Below are positions 54,652 to 64,000 of a stretch of DNA of 64,000 nucleotides, piece by piece. How positions within the stretch are numbered: the first letter of the stretch is position 1; each line of letters begins with the position of its first letter. Under the pieces are notes generated by a model that was given only the letters and a program-made list of their open reading frames with translations, was not told the origin of the DNA and did no database searches. Both the position numbers and the translations under genes were made by a program. Source of the stretch: Sphingobacteriales bacterium. GTDB lineage: Bacteria; Bacteroidota; Bacteroidia; Sphingobacteriales; Sphingobacteriaceae. The DNA is taken from assembly GCA_043763845.1 (NCBI GenBank), contig JAYULE010000185.1, positions 10,853-74,852 on the forward strand. The letters are read 5' to 3'.

Positions 54652-55350
54652 ATGATTAATTTAAACAAAGCTTTAATAGGTCTATTTATTGTGACTTACT
54701 GTTTTAGTACGGCTTGCAATAATTCAACTACAGATATTTTATCAACCCAAGATAGTATTATGCTTATTAATGCAACACCCGATGCGACAGGAATACATAT
54801 TAAATTTAACGATGAAACTATAACTACAAACGCCATTATTTATACCCAAAACACCAATTATGGTTTAATTAATTCGGGTACAAAACAAGTAGTTACAACG
54901 CAACCTCCTAGTAATGTACCGCTACTATCATTACCAATATTGCTACAAAACAAAAAAGTTTATTCGGTTTTTTTTGCAGGCCAAATAACTACTGGCAAGT
55001 TGGTGTACGTTGCAACGGAAGATGATTTAAACCTGCCTAATACAGGTAAATCAAAATATAGATTTATAAATGTATCTGAAAATTCTAGAACTTTAGATTT
55101 TAGGTTGAGAGCAAATAACAGAGATTCAATTCTGATATCTAATATTCCTTTTGGGTCGGCATCTAATTTTACCGAAATTAAACCTGGCAACTATAGCTTT
55201 AAAATAGCATCGAGAGATACCACCGTTAAAGACAGTGCAAGCCTAAATTACACATTAACCAAAGGTAAAATTTATACTTTTTGGGCAAAAGGATTAGCGA
55301 AAGGTATAGGCAACAAAGCATTAGGCATACAAGCTTTACTTAACAAATAA
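54652..55350 (+). CDS. Lipoprotein, DUF4397-like
   Basis: I moved the start to MINLNKALIGLFIVTYCFSTAC (lipobox-like Cys) because the ORF-track start at 54628 lies inside the dnaN terminator. The repeated beta pattern (YRFINVSENSRTLDFRL) resembles DUF4397. Confidence 0.5.
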   Translation: MINLNKALIGLFIVTYCFSTACNNSTTDILSTQDSIMLINATPDATGIHIKFNDETITTNAIIYTQNTNYGLINSGTKQVVTTQPPSNVPLLSLPILLQNKKVYSVFFAGQITTGKLVYVATEDDLNLPNTGKSKYRFINVSENSRTLDFRLRANNRDSILISNIPFGSASNFTEIKPGNYSFKIASRDTTVKDSASLNYTLTKGKIYTFWAKGLAKGIGNKALGIQALLNK

Positions 55351-55412
55351 AACTTCTTTAATTTTTATTCATTATTATACACTAAAGTTTATCACCATAT
55401 TTTAATGTAACA

Positions 55413-56465
55413 ATGCAAAATAATATAAATTACCCAGCAACAAACAACTATATTTTCCCGCCCGAATGGGCTCCTCACGAAGCTACTTGGCTAACTTGGC
55501 CACATAAAGAAGCTAGCTGGCCGGGTAAACTAGAGGCTATTTACGCACCCTATTGCAAGTTTATAGAAATTTTATGTTTGAGCGAGCTAGTACGTATTAA
55601 TGTTTTGGACATTGATATGAAAGATTTTGCCTTATCACACATTAAAAAAACAAACGCCGACTTATCTAAAATCGAATTTTATTTTAACCCCAGTAACGAT
55701 GCTTGGTGCCGAGACCACGGGCCTGCTTTTTTAATAAACCCTAATGCACTATACAAAAAAGTAATTATTGATTGGGATTTTAACGCTTGGGGCAGCAAAT
55801 ACCCACCCTATAATTTAGATGATGTTATACCTACCAAAATTGCTCAACATTTTAATTTACCTGTTTACCATCCTGGTATTATTATGGAAGGCGGCTCGGT
55901 AGAGTTTAATGGTGCGGGTGCGGTTTTAACTTCAAAAAGTTGTTTGTTAAATAAAAATCGTAACCCAAATTTATCTCAAACCGAAATAGAAAACTATCTT
56001 AAAAACTATTACGGTGTGCAGCAAATTTTATGGGTAAACGATGGAATTGTGGGCGACGATACCGACGGACATATAGATGATACAGTACGATTTGTTAACG
56101 AAAATACTGTTTTAACAGTTGTAGAAAGCGATATAAACGATGAAAACTATCAACTTTTACAAACAAATTTGAATGAATTAAAAGCAATGCGTTTATTAAA
56201 CGGCCAAGCATTAAATATTATAGAATTGCCAATGCCAAGCCCTGTGATTTTTGAAGATGTGCGTTTGCCAGCATCGTACGCTAATTTTTATATAAGCAAT
56301 GGTCATGTAATTGTGCCCACCTACAATTGTAATAAAGACGCCCTTGCACTAGAAATAATTGCCAGTTGCTTTCCGGATAGAGAAACAGTTGGTATAGATT
56401 CTAGCGATATTATTTGGGGCTTAGGAAGTTTTCACTGCTTAAGCCAGCAAGAACCCTTGCTGTAA
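55413..56465 (+). CDS. aguA: Agmatine deiminase (porphyromonas-type peptidyl-arginine deiminase family)
   Basis: WPHKEASWPG, DAWCRDHGP, MEGGSVEFNGAGAVLTS, DGHIDD, and the C-terminal GSFHCLSQQEP carrying the catalytic Cys. Confidence 0.8.
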   Translation: MQNNINYPATNNYIFPPEWAPHEATWLTWPHKEASWPGKLEAIYAPYCKFIEILCLSELVRINVLDIDMKDFALSHIKKTNADLSKIEFYFNPSNDAWCRDHGPAFLINPNALYKKVIIDWDFNAWGSKYPPYNLDDVIPTKIAQHFNLPVYHPGIIMEGGSVEFNGAGAVLTSKSCLLNKNRNPNLSQTEIENYLKNYYGVQQILWVNDGIVGDDTDGHIDDTVRFVNENTVLTVVESDINDENYQLLQTNLNELKAMRLLNGQALNIIELPMPSPVIFEDVRLPASYANFYISNGHVIVPTYNCNKDALALEIIASCFPDRETVGIDSSDIIWGLGSFHCLSQQEPLL

Positions 56466-56572
56466 TATAAAACAATACCCACAAATGTTTAAAACAAAAG
56501 GGCTTAAATATTTCTTAAATCAAATCATTGTTTTATATTTGCCATCCCTGAAAGGAGGTATTGTAAGAAACT

Positions 56573-56761
56573 ATGATTATTATTAACATTAAAGACGGCG
56601 AATCAATTGATAGAGCCTTAAAACGATTTAAGAAAAAATACGAAAAAACTGGCGTATTAAGAGAACTAAGAAGCAGATCGGCTTACGAAAAAAAATCGGT
56701 TGCTCGCAGATTAGAAGTTAAACACGCAGTTTATATACAAGGAATGAATTTAGAATCTTAA
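56573..56761 (+). CDS. rpsU: 30S ribosomal protein S21
   Basis: IDRALKRFKKKYEKTGVLRELRSRSAYEKKSVARR is the S21 pattern. The 62 aa length fits. Confidence 0.9.
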   Translation: MIIINIKDGESIDRALKRFKKKYEKTGVLRELRSRSAYEKKSVARRLEVKHAVYIQGMNLES

Positions 56762-56833
56762 TTTTTTAAGATTTTACCATCAACTTAAAAAACTATTTGT
56801 ACATTCATTTTTTTGGGTGAACAAATAGTTTTA

Positions 56834-57718
56834 ATGTTTTTACAGCAATTTTTTAACTTCTTAGAATACGAAAAAAGGTATTCGCAGCATACTATAATAT
56901 CGTACAAAAATGATATTTCGCAGTTTGCTATTTTTTTACAACACACTTTTAATACCGATTTACTAAACGCTAACCACCAAATGGTTAGAAGCTGGGTAAT
57001 TAGCTTTGTAGAAGCCGATTTAGCCCCAACCAGCACTAGTCGCAAGTTATCATCAATAAAAAGTTTATATAAATTTTTAATTAAAGAAGGGTTGTTGGTC
57101 GCAAATCCCGCAATAGCGGTAAAATCTCCAAAAAAAAATAAAAAATTACCAAGTTTTATTGATGAAAATAAAATTATTACTTTATTAGATTCGGATAATG
57201 TTTTTGATACCGATTTTACGGGCACACGCAATAAATTAATTGTTGAATTGTTGTTTGGTACAGGTATTAGATTAAGCGAATTGGTTAATATAAAATTAAC
57301 CGATTTTTCTACAAGCGAACAATTATTAAAAGTTTTAGGTAAAAGAAACAAGGAAAGAATTATTCCATTAAATAAATCGTTGTGTGTATTAATGGATTAC
57401 TACCAAGAGCAAAGAAAAATTTGCATATTTAAAACAGATACCTCATATTTAATTATTACAGACAGTGGAGTTAAAGTTTACGCTAAATTAATATACCGTG
57501 TGGTGCAAAAATACTTGTCGGTTATATCAACTCAGCATAAAAAAAGCCCACATGTGTTGCGGCACTCGTTTGCCACAGCACTTTTAAATAAAGGAGCCGA
57601 TATTAATGCTATTAAAGAATTGTTGGGTCACGCCAATTTATCGGCCACCCAAATTTACACCCATAACACCGTTGAAAGATTAAAAACAATTTATAAACAA
57701 GCCCATCCAAAGGCATAA
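56834..57718 (+). CDS. Xer-type tyrosine site-specific recombinase
   Basis: The start is probably MFLQQFFNFLEYEKRYSQHT. Catalytic motifs are GTGIRLSEL, HVLRHSFAT and LLGHANLSATQIYTH. The rpsU-xer-hpf context is housekeeping. Confidence 0.8.
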   Translation: MFLQQFFNFLEYEKRYSQHTIISYKNDISQFAIFLQHTFNTDLLNANHQMVRSWVISFVEADLAPTSTSRKLSSIKSLYKFLIKEGLLVANPAIAVKSPKKNKKLPSFIDENKIITLLDSDNVFDTDFTGTRNKLIVELLFGTGIRLSELVNIKLTDFSTSEQLLKVLGKRNKERIIPLNKSLCVLMDYYQEQRKICIFKTDTSYLIITDSGVKVYAKLIYRVVQKYLSVISTQHKKSPHVLRHSFATALLNKGADINAIKELLGHANLSATQIYTHNTVERLKTIYKQAHPKA

Positions 57719-57733
57719 AAACTAAGTTTTATT

Positions 57734-58069
57734 ATGAAAATAGGCGTTCAATCAATCCATTTCACAGCAGATCAAAAACTGTTAGATTTTATTCAGAAAA
57801 AAGCAGATAAGTTAGACCAATTTTACGATCAAATTATATCGGGCGAGGTTTATTTAAAATTAGACAATGCTTTAGACGAAGCAAATAAAATATCGGAAAT
57901 TAAAATAATTATACCTGGCCACACTTTATTTGCCAAAGAACAATGTAAAACTTTTGAAGAAGCAACCGACTTAGCTGTTGAAAGCTTGCGTAAACAAATA
58001 ACCAAACATAAAGATAAAGACCGAGCTAACGAAAGCAAGCACAAAAATTTAATGGTTGAAGAAGATTAG
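57734..58069 (+). CDS. hpf: Ribosome hibernation promoting factor / RaiA family protein
   Basis: IQSIHFTADQKLLDFIQKKADKLDQFYDQIISGEVYLK is the typical short-HPF pattern in Bacteroidota. Confidence 0.75.
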   Translation: MKIGVQSIHFTADQKLLDFIQKKADKLDQFYDQIISGEVYLKLDNALDEANKISEIKIIIPGHTLFAKEQCKTFEEATDLAVESLRKQITKHKDKDRANESKHKNLMVEED

Positions 58070-58085
58070 GAACTAGATAAAATTA

Positions 58086-58117
58086 AAAAGCTGGTTGTTT
58101 TAGCCAGCTTTTTTTTT
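58086..58117 (+). terminator. Rho-independent terminator after hpf
   Basis: AAAAGCTGG-TTGTTTTAG-CCAGCTTTT followed by TTTTT. Confidence 0.8.
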
Positions 58118-58254
58118 GCATTATTTAATCTAAAAATAAGTACATACTTAAAAAATTGTCATATTTTTTGAGATAATTTAGATTTTATTTTAATCATAAA
58201 AAATATTTTTACCAGATAGTAAATATTCATTTTGTATCTTAAAAAATCTTATAA

Positions 58255-58944
58255 TTATCTTTTTAACGCTTCGATAATAGCTTTTTCTACTAAAGGCTCC
58301 ATTATTAAGTATCCCATTTCGTTAGGGTGCACCCCGTCTTCACCTAATTCGATTTTCAAACCTTTACGGGCATCTGCCATTGGGGTAAAATAATCAACAT
58401 ATCCTAATTTATTTTTTAAAGCATAATCTTTAAGCATTATATTTAAAGCAAAAATATTTTCGGCTGGGTTTAAACCAGGTTTCCAAGGGTAATCGTAAAC
58501 AGGTAAAACGGATGACAAAATCACCTTAATACCATTTGCTTTAGCTAATTCTGCCATCGATACAATGTTATCTTTAATCATTTCTAAAGTTGATGGGCCA
58601 GTATTGCCTGCAATATCATTGGTACCCGCTAAAATAACTACTAACGCTGGTTTTAAATTTATAACATCGGATCTAAACCTTACCAGCATTTGCGGTGTTG
58701 TTTGACCACTTATTCCGCGGTTTACATAAGGCTTTCCAGCAAAAAAAGAAGGTCTTGTTTTTAGCCATCCCTCGGTAATAGAGTTACCCATAAATACTAC
58801 TCGTTTTTCATCTTTTGCTGGTGCGGGAAGTTTAGCGTTTTCATTTTTAAAACGAGCTATATTAGCCCAATCTTGAGCAAACAACGTTTTCACTGTAAGA
58901 ATGCTAAATAAAAACATTACTATAATTTTTTTAAAATTTATCAT
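58255..58944 (-). CDS. Secreted SGNH/GDSL hydrolase (PAF-acetylhydrolase-like esterase)
   Basis: Signal peptide. Block I VVFMGNSITEGW, block III ILAGTNDIAG, block V DGVHPN. Confidence 0.8.
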   Translation of the reverse strand: MINFKKIIVMFLFSILTVKTLFAQDWANIARFKNENAKLPAPAKDEKRVVFMGNSITEGWLKTRPSFFAGKPYVNRGISGQTTPQMLVRFRSDVINLKPALVVILAGTNDIAGNTGPSTLEMIKDNIVSMAELAKANGIKVILSSVLPVYDYPWKPGLNPAENIFALNIMLKDYALKNKLGYVDYFTPMADARKGLKIELGEDGVHPNEMGYLIMEPLVEKAIIEALKR

Positions 58945-59152
58945 TTTTATATTTTGTAAGTTTAAATGGTTGTGTTCTACAAATAAAAGATAAAATTATA
59001 ATAAAAAAGATAATACTAAATTTTAAAATATATTGAATGTTAAATGAATATTTTACAATAATAAATGCTTTTATATTTCAATAATATTAATTTATATTTA
59101 TAATAAACTTTTTATATTTCTCACCCAATACAATTCTTTAAAAAAAAATAAA

Positions 59153-61809
59153 ATGAAAAAAACATTTAAAATGTTATTACTATTCTTGGCTTTTGCTACA
59201 AATACTTTTGCTATCGATTACTATGTTGCACCAAATGGCAATAATGATACAAATACTGGCCTTAGTTTATCAAGTCCGTTTTTAACCATATCAAAAGCTG
59301 CAAGTATGGTTCAGCCTGGAGATAATGTATTTGTACGCGGAGGCACTTATAGAGAAATGGTAAGACCTGCAAAATCAGGTACAGCAAGTAACCCAATTAC
59401 TTTTCAGGCATACAATGCCGAAACGGTAATAATATCTGGTACTGAGTTAATTACTGATTGGACAGTGCACTCTGGCAATATTTACAAAGCAACCATGGCT
59501 GGCAATTTTTTACCTACTACACGTAAACAAAGCGACCAAATTTTTGTAAACGGTAATATGATGACCTTGGCTCAGTGGCCAAATAGAGCTACATCTAACC
59601 CAACTATGGCCGAGGCGTATAAAGCCGTTTTTAGCGAATTTATAAGTAAAACTAAATCTGGCAATACAACAACTGGTGTTATGATAGATAATGAGTTACC
59701 AACTGGAGATTTTATAGGAGCAGAAATTTACTTGCAGCCAAATTATGAAGCTTGGAGTTGGGTTTTTACGGGAAAGTAACAAATGTTAGCGGTAAAACAT
59801 TAACTTTTCAATCTTTTAGTAGTGCTGGTAAAGATGGCGGTGAACAATTAGTTTACGATGATAGGTCGCGTTATTTTATTTTTAACAAATTATCATTACT
59901 TGATAATTTTGAAGAATGGTTTCATGATTTAACTGCTGGTGTATTGTATTTACAAGCTCCGGGTAATCAAAATCCTAATAGCCTAACAGTAGAAGCTAAA
60001 AAACGTGAACTTGCATTTAATTTGACTAGTAGAAGTTTTATTACTATTAAAGGTTTTAATTTATTTGTATGTAGTATAACCACAGATATTGATGCAGGTG
60101 GAAATAATAAAGGTTATAGTACTTTGGGTGTTCCTGTATATCCATGGAGACCGAAAGATTACATTGCGAGTTCTACTAACTGTATTATTGATGGGATTAA
60201 GGCCAAATACTTATCTCATTATACTGATGTATCCGGCCACATGTTTTTACAATGGGGTGGCAGTAGCGGAATTGTATTAAGTGGCAGCAATCATATTATA
60301 ACAAATTCTGTATTACAATTTAGTGCAGGTAATGGTATAGCTTTAAATGGCGAGCGAAACAAAGCAATAATCAACACCATAACCGATATGGATTATATGG
60401 CTAATGATTGTGCAGCAATTAAAACTGTTGGTTCGCAGGCTATATCTCAAGACCATGAAATCGCATACAATACAATTTCCCGTATGGGCCGTTCTGGTAT
60501 AGCTGCAAGAAATTTTGTTAATTCTAATCCTACCAATTTAATTGCCAGAATACACCATAACGAAATTGGATTTTGCGCTTTACAAGATTGGGATTGTGGA
60601 GGCATTTATGGAATAGCAGAAAAAAGTAATAATAATTTTGCTAGAATTGACCACAATGTTGTGCATGATGTAGAAGGATTTATTAATTGTGGTATATATT
60701 TTGATTTTACGCGTAACATAATTGTAGATCATAACGTAGTTTATAATGTAGATGGTGCTTTTAAAAATCAAGGAGCTTCATTAGAACCTGGTTTTAGTAC
60801 AAATAATACATTAAATTACAATAATACTGGTATTGTTAGAACATTAAAACCCAAAGGCTATGGCCCTTTTGGTTTTGCCGGGGGTTCTACTACCAACGTT
60901 GGTACTGTTGCACAAAATAATATTTTGCTTTACAGAAATGGAAATAATGCAACGGCACCTCAAGCTTATAAAGACTTTTCTGAAGGCTATGGTGATGCAA
61001 CTCTAATCACAAATTTTGTTCACTCACAGGGCGATCCAAAGTTTGTTGATTTACTTGGACGAAATTTTCAATTACAAGCATCTTCGCCCTGTATTGACGC
61101 GGGTACACCAGTTGGTGTAATTACAAGAGACGGAATTGACGTTCCTCCTTTTAACGATGAAACTATTGGAAATGCTGATATTGGTGCCTTTGAGTTTGGC
61201 GTACCTGCGTGGACAGCTGGTAGCAATATTATAGACCCAATTACCCCTGTAGATTTAACTACATTTGAAGGTAAAGCAACAAAAGCTGGTAACTTTTTAA
61301 AATGGGTTACAATAAGCGAAAAAAACAATAAGCAATTTAATATTTTGCGCTCAAGCGATGGGCAAAGTTTTGAAAAAATTGCTACTGTTAAATCTTTAGA
61401 TTTAAGTGGCAATAGCTCAACCCAATTAAATTACGATTACACGGATAAAGATGTTTTAGAAACCTCATATTATAAATTACAACAAGTAGATTTTGATGGT
61501 GCTATCATAGAATCTAAAAAAGTAGTAGTTATAAAATCTTCATTTGCTAACAATTTTACAAACACTGTTTATCCAAACCCAGTTACAGATGTTTTAAATG
61601 CAGAAATTACTAGTAATATAAATAACAATTTAACATTTACTCTAATAAATACTGCAGGTGTAATCGTATACAAAAAAACCGAAAACGTAGGAAAAGGTAA
61701 AAGTACAATCGCTTTATATATGGCAAATAAAGCTAATGGTTTATATATTTTAAACGTAAAAGAATCATCTGGCAAAACTATTTTAAGTAAAAAAGTTATC
61801 AAAAAATAA
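59153..61809 (+). pseudogene. T9SS-secreted right-handed beta-helix (pectate-lyase-fold) protein, interrupted by a 1-nt frameshift near 59770-59779
   Basis: ORF 59153-59779 has a signal peptide and DYYVAPNGNNDTNTGLSLSSPFLTISKA...GDNVFVRGGTY. ORF 59752-61809 is in the -1 frame and ends in a T9SS CTD (VYPNPVTDVLNAEI...LYILNV...KKVIKK). Joining at ACGGGAAAGTAAC gives the continuous reading ...WSWVFTGKVTNVSG. Confidence 0.7.
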
Positions 61810-61824
61810 CAGTATTTAACTTAT

Positions 61825-61865
61825 AAAAATGCGGTTATAGTTAAACTATAACCGCATTTTTTTTT
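61825..61865 (+). terminator. Rho-independent terminator after the beta-helix gene
   Basis: AAAAATGCGGTTATAG-TTAAA-CTATAACCGCATTTTT is a 16-bp stem, followed by TTTTT. Confidence 0.85.
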
Positions 61866-61867
61866 GC

Positions 61868-62166
61868 TTATAACCTGAGTTCGATTAATAAACCATTTTT
61901 TATTATAGTTCTGATTATGATTTGGGCGTTTCCTGCCTGCCGGTAGGCAAGGTAACACCCCGTCCGCTGCCTGCCTGCCGGGAGGCAAGTATCTTTTTTT
62001 ATTTGTCTATCCCCCCGACCCCCGAAGGTGGAGATTCGGCGTAAAAAAAGGCCCGCCTGCCGGCCGGCAGGCGGGCCGCTCTCGTCGTTAACGCTTTAAA
62101 ACCGTAATAATATTGATATACAGCAAATTATACTAAAGAATAATAATCGAACTTAGGTTTATAAAT
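61868..62166. mobile_element. MITE-like ~300-bp element with ~24-bp terminal inverted repeats enclosing GC-rich palindromes
   Basis: The left end TTATAACCTGAGTTCGATTAATAA matches the reverse complement of the right end TTTATAAACCTAAGTTCGATTATTA at 21 of 24 positions with one indel. Inside are CCTGCCTGCCGGTAGGCAAGG, CTGCCTGCCGGGAGGCAAG, a degenerate C5/G5 element and the perfect 28-nt palindrome GGCCCGCCTGCCGGCCGGCAGGCGGGCC (62050-62077). Confidence 0.6.
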
Positions 62167-62749
62167 TTTAGCAACTAATAATTTTTGTAAGAAATAGCCA
62201 TTAATATTAAATTTGGATAAATTATTTTTTTGGTAGGGCGGGTATTAAAATACCCCTAAGCAAACTTTCAAAAACATTCAATTTACCATTCTATTCATTG
62301 ATTTTAATTCCGTTAAACCCCAATATGTAGTTTATAGTAACATATTTTAATTATTTATATTAACTAAAAACTTCCTAAAACATCAAATTACAATATCAAA
62401 TAGTGCAATATTATTTAAATCTAGCTTTGTAATTAAATTAGAAAAAAAGGAAATTTTTTTATTAAAAAATTTGTTTAACAAAAACATTAATTAACCTAAA
62501 CTTTACAAAAACATAATGCCTTAATTTAACTTTTCAAAAAAAATAATCCCACATTTACATTGTTCAATAAAAGTTATGTTTTTTTGTTAAATTTATATTA
62601 AATTTTATAAATTTATACGATATTTTGATTATTTAAGTTTATTCTATATTTTATTTTTAAAATTAAATTTTAATTTTTGTACTCAAAAATATTAATTTTT
62701 ATACCTAACTAAATTCAATTTTGAACAACGGATTTTAAATTTTAAGTAA

Positions 62750-62989
62750 ATGAGAATTTTTTTTAAAAAATGCAAATTGATTCTTATAGCCATTTTAGCT
62801 CAAACTACTAATATTTATGCCGATTGCGATTATAATGTAGACCCAATAGTAGACCCATTTTGCGATGATCCTGATTTACCTGTACCTTTAGATACAAATT
62901 TGATTATTTTAATTGCTCTCGCATTAATTTTTACCTTTTACACATTACATAAAAAAATTAAGCACCAGCAAGTTTTACACAACACCTAA
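62750..62989 (+). CDS. Small exported protein (79 aa) with a Cys/Asp/Pro-rich core and a C-terminal TM helix plus basic tail
   Basis: Signal-like N-terminus (LILIAILAQTTNIYA), CDYNVDPIVDPFCDDPDLPVPLD, then LIILIALALIFTFYTL-HKKIKH. It is an isolated ORF in an AT-rich region, so coding status is uncertain. Confidence 0.35.
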   Translation: MRIFFKKCKLILIAILAQTTNIYADCDYNVDPIVDPFCDDPDLPVPLDTNLIILIALALIFTFYTLHKKIKHQQVLHNT

Positions 62990-63121
62990 AAAGTTTAATT
63001 AAACTTATTTAACAGACTTTTTTTTGCTAAATCCTTAATTTCCTAAAATTAATTGTACCCAAAACCAAAAAACATTTTCTATTTCACCATCTCTAACTGT
63101 TGCCCCAACAAACCTATTTTA

Positions 63122-63129
63122 TATATTTG
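63122..63129 (+). promoter_or_regulatory. Candidate Bacteroidota -7 promoter box (TAnnTTTG) immediately upstream of the LysE gene
   Basis: TATATTTG at 63122-63129 matches the TAnnTTTG consensus perfectly. It sits only 4 nt before the ATG at 63134, which implies a leaderless or near-leaderless mRNA if it is used. Confidence 0.3.
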
Positions 63130-63133
63130 CTAA

Positions 63134-63748
63134 ATGCTATTATTAACTTTTATGGTGGGTGTGGTGGTTAGCTTTTTAGGTTATATACCGCCAGGCAATA
63201 TAAACTTAACAGCTATGCAACTTTCAATAAACAAAAGTTTTAAGCAAGCTTTAATTTTTATCATCACTTTTTGTGTTTTCGAAGCGGTTTTTACTTATAT
63301 TTTAATGCGTTTTGCAGCTTGGTTTGCCGAGAAAAAAGATATACTTCAAATTTTAAATTGGGTACTAATAGTAGTTTTTGTAGTATTAGGTATTTTAACA
63401 TGGAATAAAGGGGAACAAAATTTACCTAAACAAAAAGATTTTAAAAAAAGTGCTGCGGTTAGAACCGGGGTTATTTTGGGGATATTTAATCCCATACAAA
63501 TACCTTTTTGGGCTATTGCTGGTACATTTTTAATTAGTCATAATTTAATTACAACAAAAGGTTTAGGGTTACAAATTTTCTCACTCGGCTCGGGCATTGG
63601 TGCTTTTTTATGTTTGTATTTATATGCTAAATTTGCCCAATTTGTTCAAATTAAGTTCTCGTTAAGCAGTAAAATTATAAACCATGGTATTGCTTTAGTT
63701 TTTTTTAGTTTGGCAATAATATCTTTAATTAGGTTGTACATAAGCTGA
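63134..63748 (+). CDS. LysE/RhtB family amino-acid exporter
   Basis: Six-TM small permease, about 200 aa, with the N-terminal FLGYIPPGNINL pattern (PG motif) typical of the LysE superfamily. Confidence 0.65.
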   Translation: MLLLTFMVGVVVSFLGYIPPGNINLTAMQLSINKSFKQALIFIITFCVFEAVFTYILMRFAAWFAEKKDILQILNWVLIVVFVVLGILTWNKGEQNLPKQKDFKKSAAVRTGVILGIFNPIQIPFWAIAGTFLISHNLITTKGLGLQIFSLGSGIGAFLCLYLYAKFAQFVQIKFSLSSKIINHGIALVFFSLAIISLIRLYIS

Positions 63749-63798
63749 TTGATAAAAATTATTGTAAGTAAATTAGTATCAAGTAAAATAATAAAAAA

Positions 63799-64000
63799 AT
63801 GAAATACCTTATTGTGGGTTTGGGAAACATTGGACCTGAGTATGCTGACAACCGACATAATATTGGTTTTATGGTACTAGATGAGTATGCCAAACAAGAA
63901 AACACTATTTTTTCTTTTAATAAATTGGCCTACTACACACAAGTTACCTATAAGCAAAGCATTTTGCATCTTATTAAACCAACTACTTACATGAATCTTA
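63799..64000 (+). CDS. pth: Peptidyl-tRNA hydrolase, 5' part (runs off the window; not in the supplied ORF track)
   Basis: My own translation from the ATG at 63799 is MKYLIVGLGNIGPEYADNRHNIGFMVLDEYAK...LIKPTTYMNL. The motifs LIVGLGNxGxxYxxxRHNxGF and KPxTYMN are Pth signatures. Confidence 0.85.
   Translation, partial: MKYLIVGLGNIGPEYADNRHNIGFMVLDEYAKQENTIFSFNKLAYYTQVTYKQSILHLIKPTTYMNL

Noticed and set aside
56834-57718. Tyrosine recombinase as the integrase of a mobile element
   Set aside because: It sits in the conserved rpsU-recombinase-hpf housekeeping arrangement, has a Xer-like length and motifs, and has no flanking repeats or cargo genes.
61871-61891. GAGTTCGATTA in the MITE terminal repeats as a tRNA T-arm or tRNA gene fragment
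   Set aside because: No acceptor or anticodon arms can be folded around it. I found no intact tRNA-like cloverleaf anywhere in the intergenic regions.

Overview
This is an AT-rich chromosomal segment (roughly one-third G+C by eye) that looks like Bacteroidota. Supporting signs are gldA-gldF-gldG gliding genes, two proteins ending in T9SS type-A C-terminal sorting domains, and an rpsU-recombinase-hpf neighbourhood. Layout: (1) 1-6150 holds three plus-strand sensor-kinase genes, including a 1433-aa GAF/PAS hybrid kinase. (2) 6173-15837 is a tightly packed six-gene minus-strand operon that reads as a synthase-dependent exopolysaccharide system: receiver, HEAT-repeat membrane protein, two tandem QxxRW family-2 glycosyltransferases, a TPR + beta-barrel exporter and a DUF4838-like hydrolase. 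(3) A 949-bp ORF-free AT-rich gap is followed by a 942-aa HExxH/beta-barrel-like protein. (4) About 20.05-47.13 kb is an orphan 27-kb same-strand locus and the most interesting part of the window. It encodes an NlpC/P60-type hydrolase, a patatin phospholipase, one T9SS cargo protein, several unknown proteins, two giant proteins (2083 and 1669 aa) with no signal peptide, and two phage-tail-fibre-like proteins. Three of its transcription units are preceded by the same tripartite promoter/operator module with near-identical spacing. Its intergenic spacers are filled with hairpin-containing tandem repeats. I could not recognise any capsid, portal, terminase, sheath, tube, VgrG or integrase gene in it. 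(5) 47.6-64 kb is housekeeping: ruvB, a REP-flanked RAYT transposase, gldAFG, dnaN, agmatine deiminase, rpsU, a Xer-like recombinase, hpf, an SGNH hydrolase, a frameshifted T9SS beta-helix gene, a MITE-like element, a LysE transporter and the 5' end of pth. I found no rRNA, tRNA or CRISPR array by eye. All family assignments rest on motif recognition from the translations, not on database searches.
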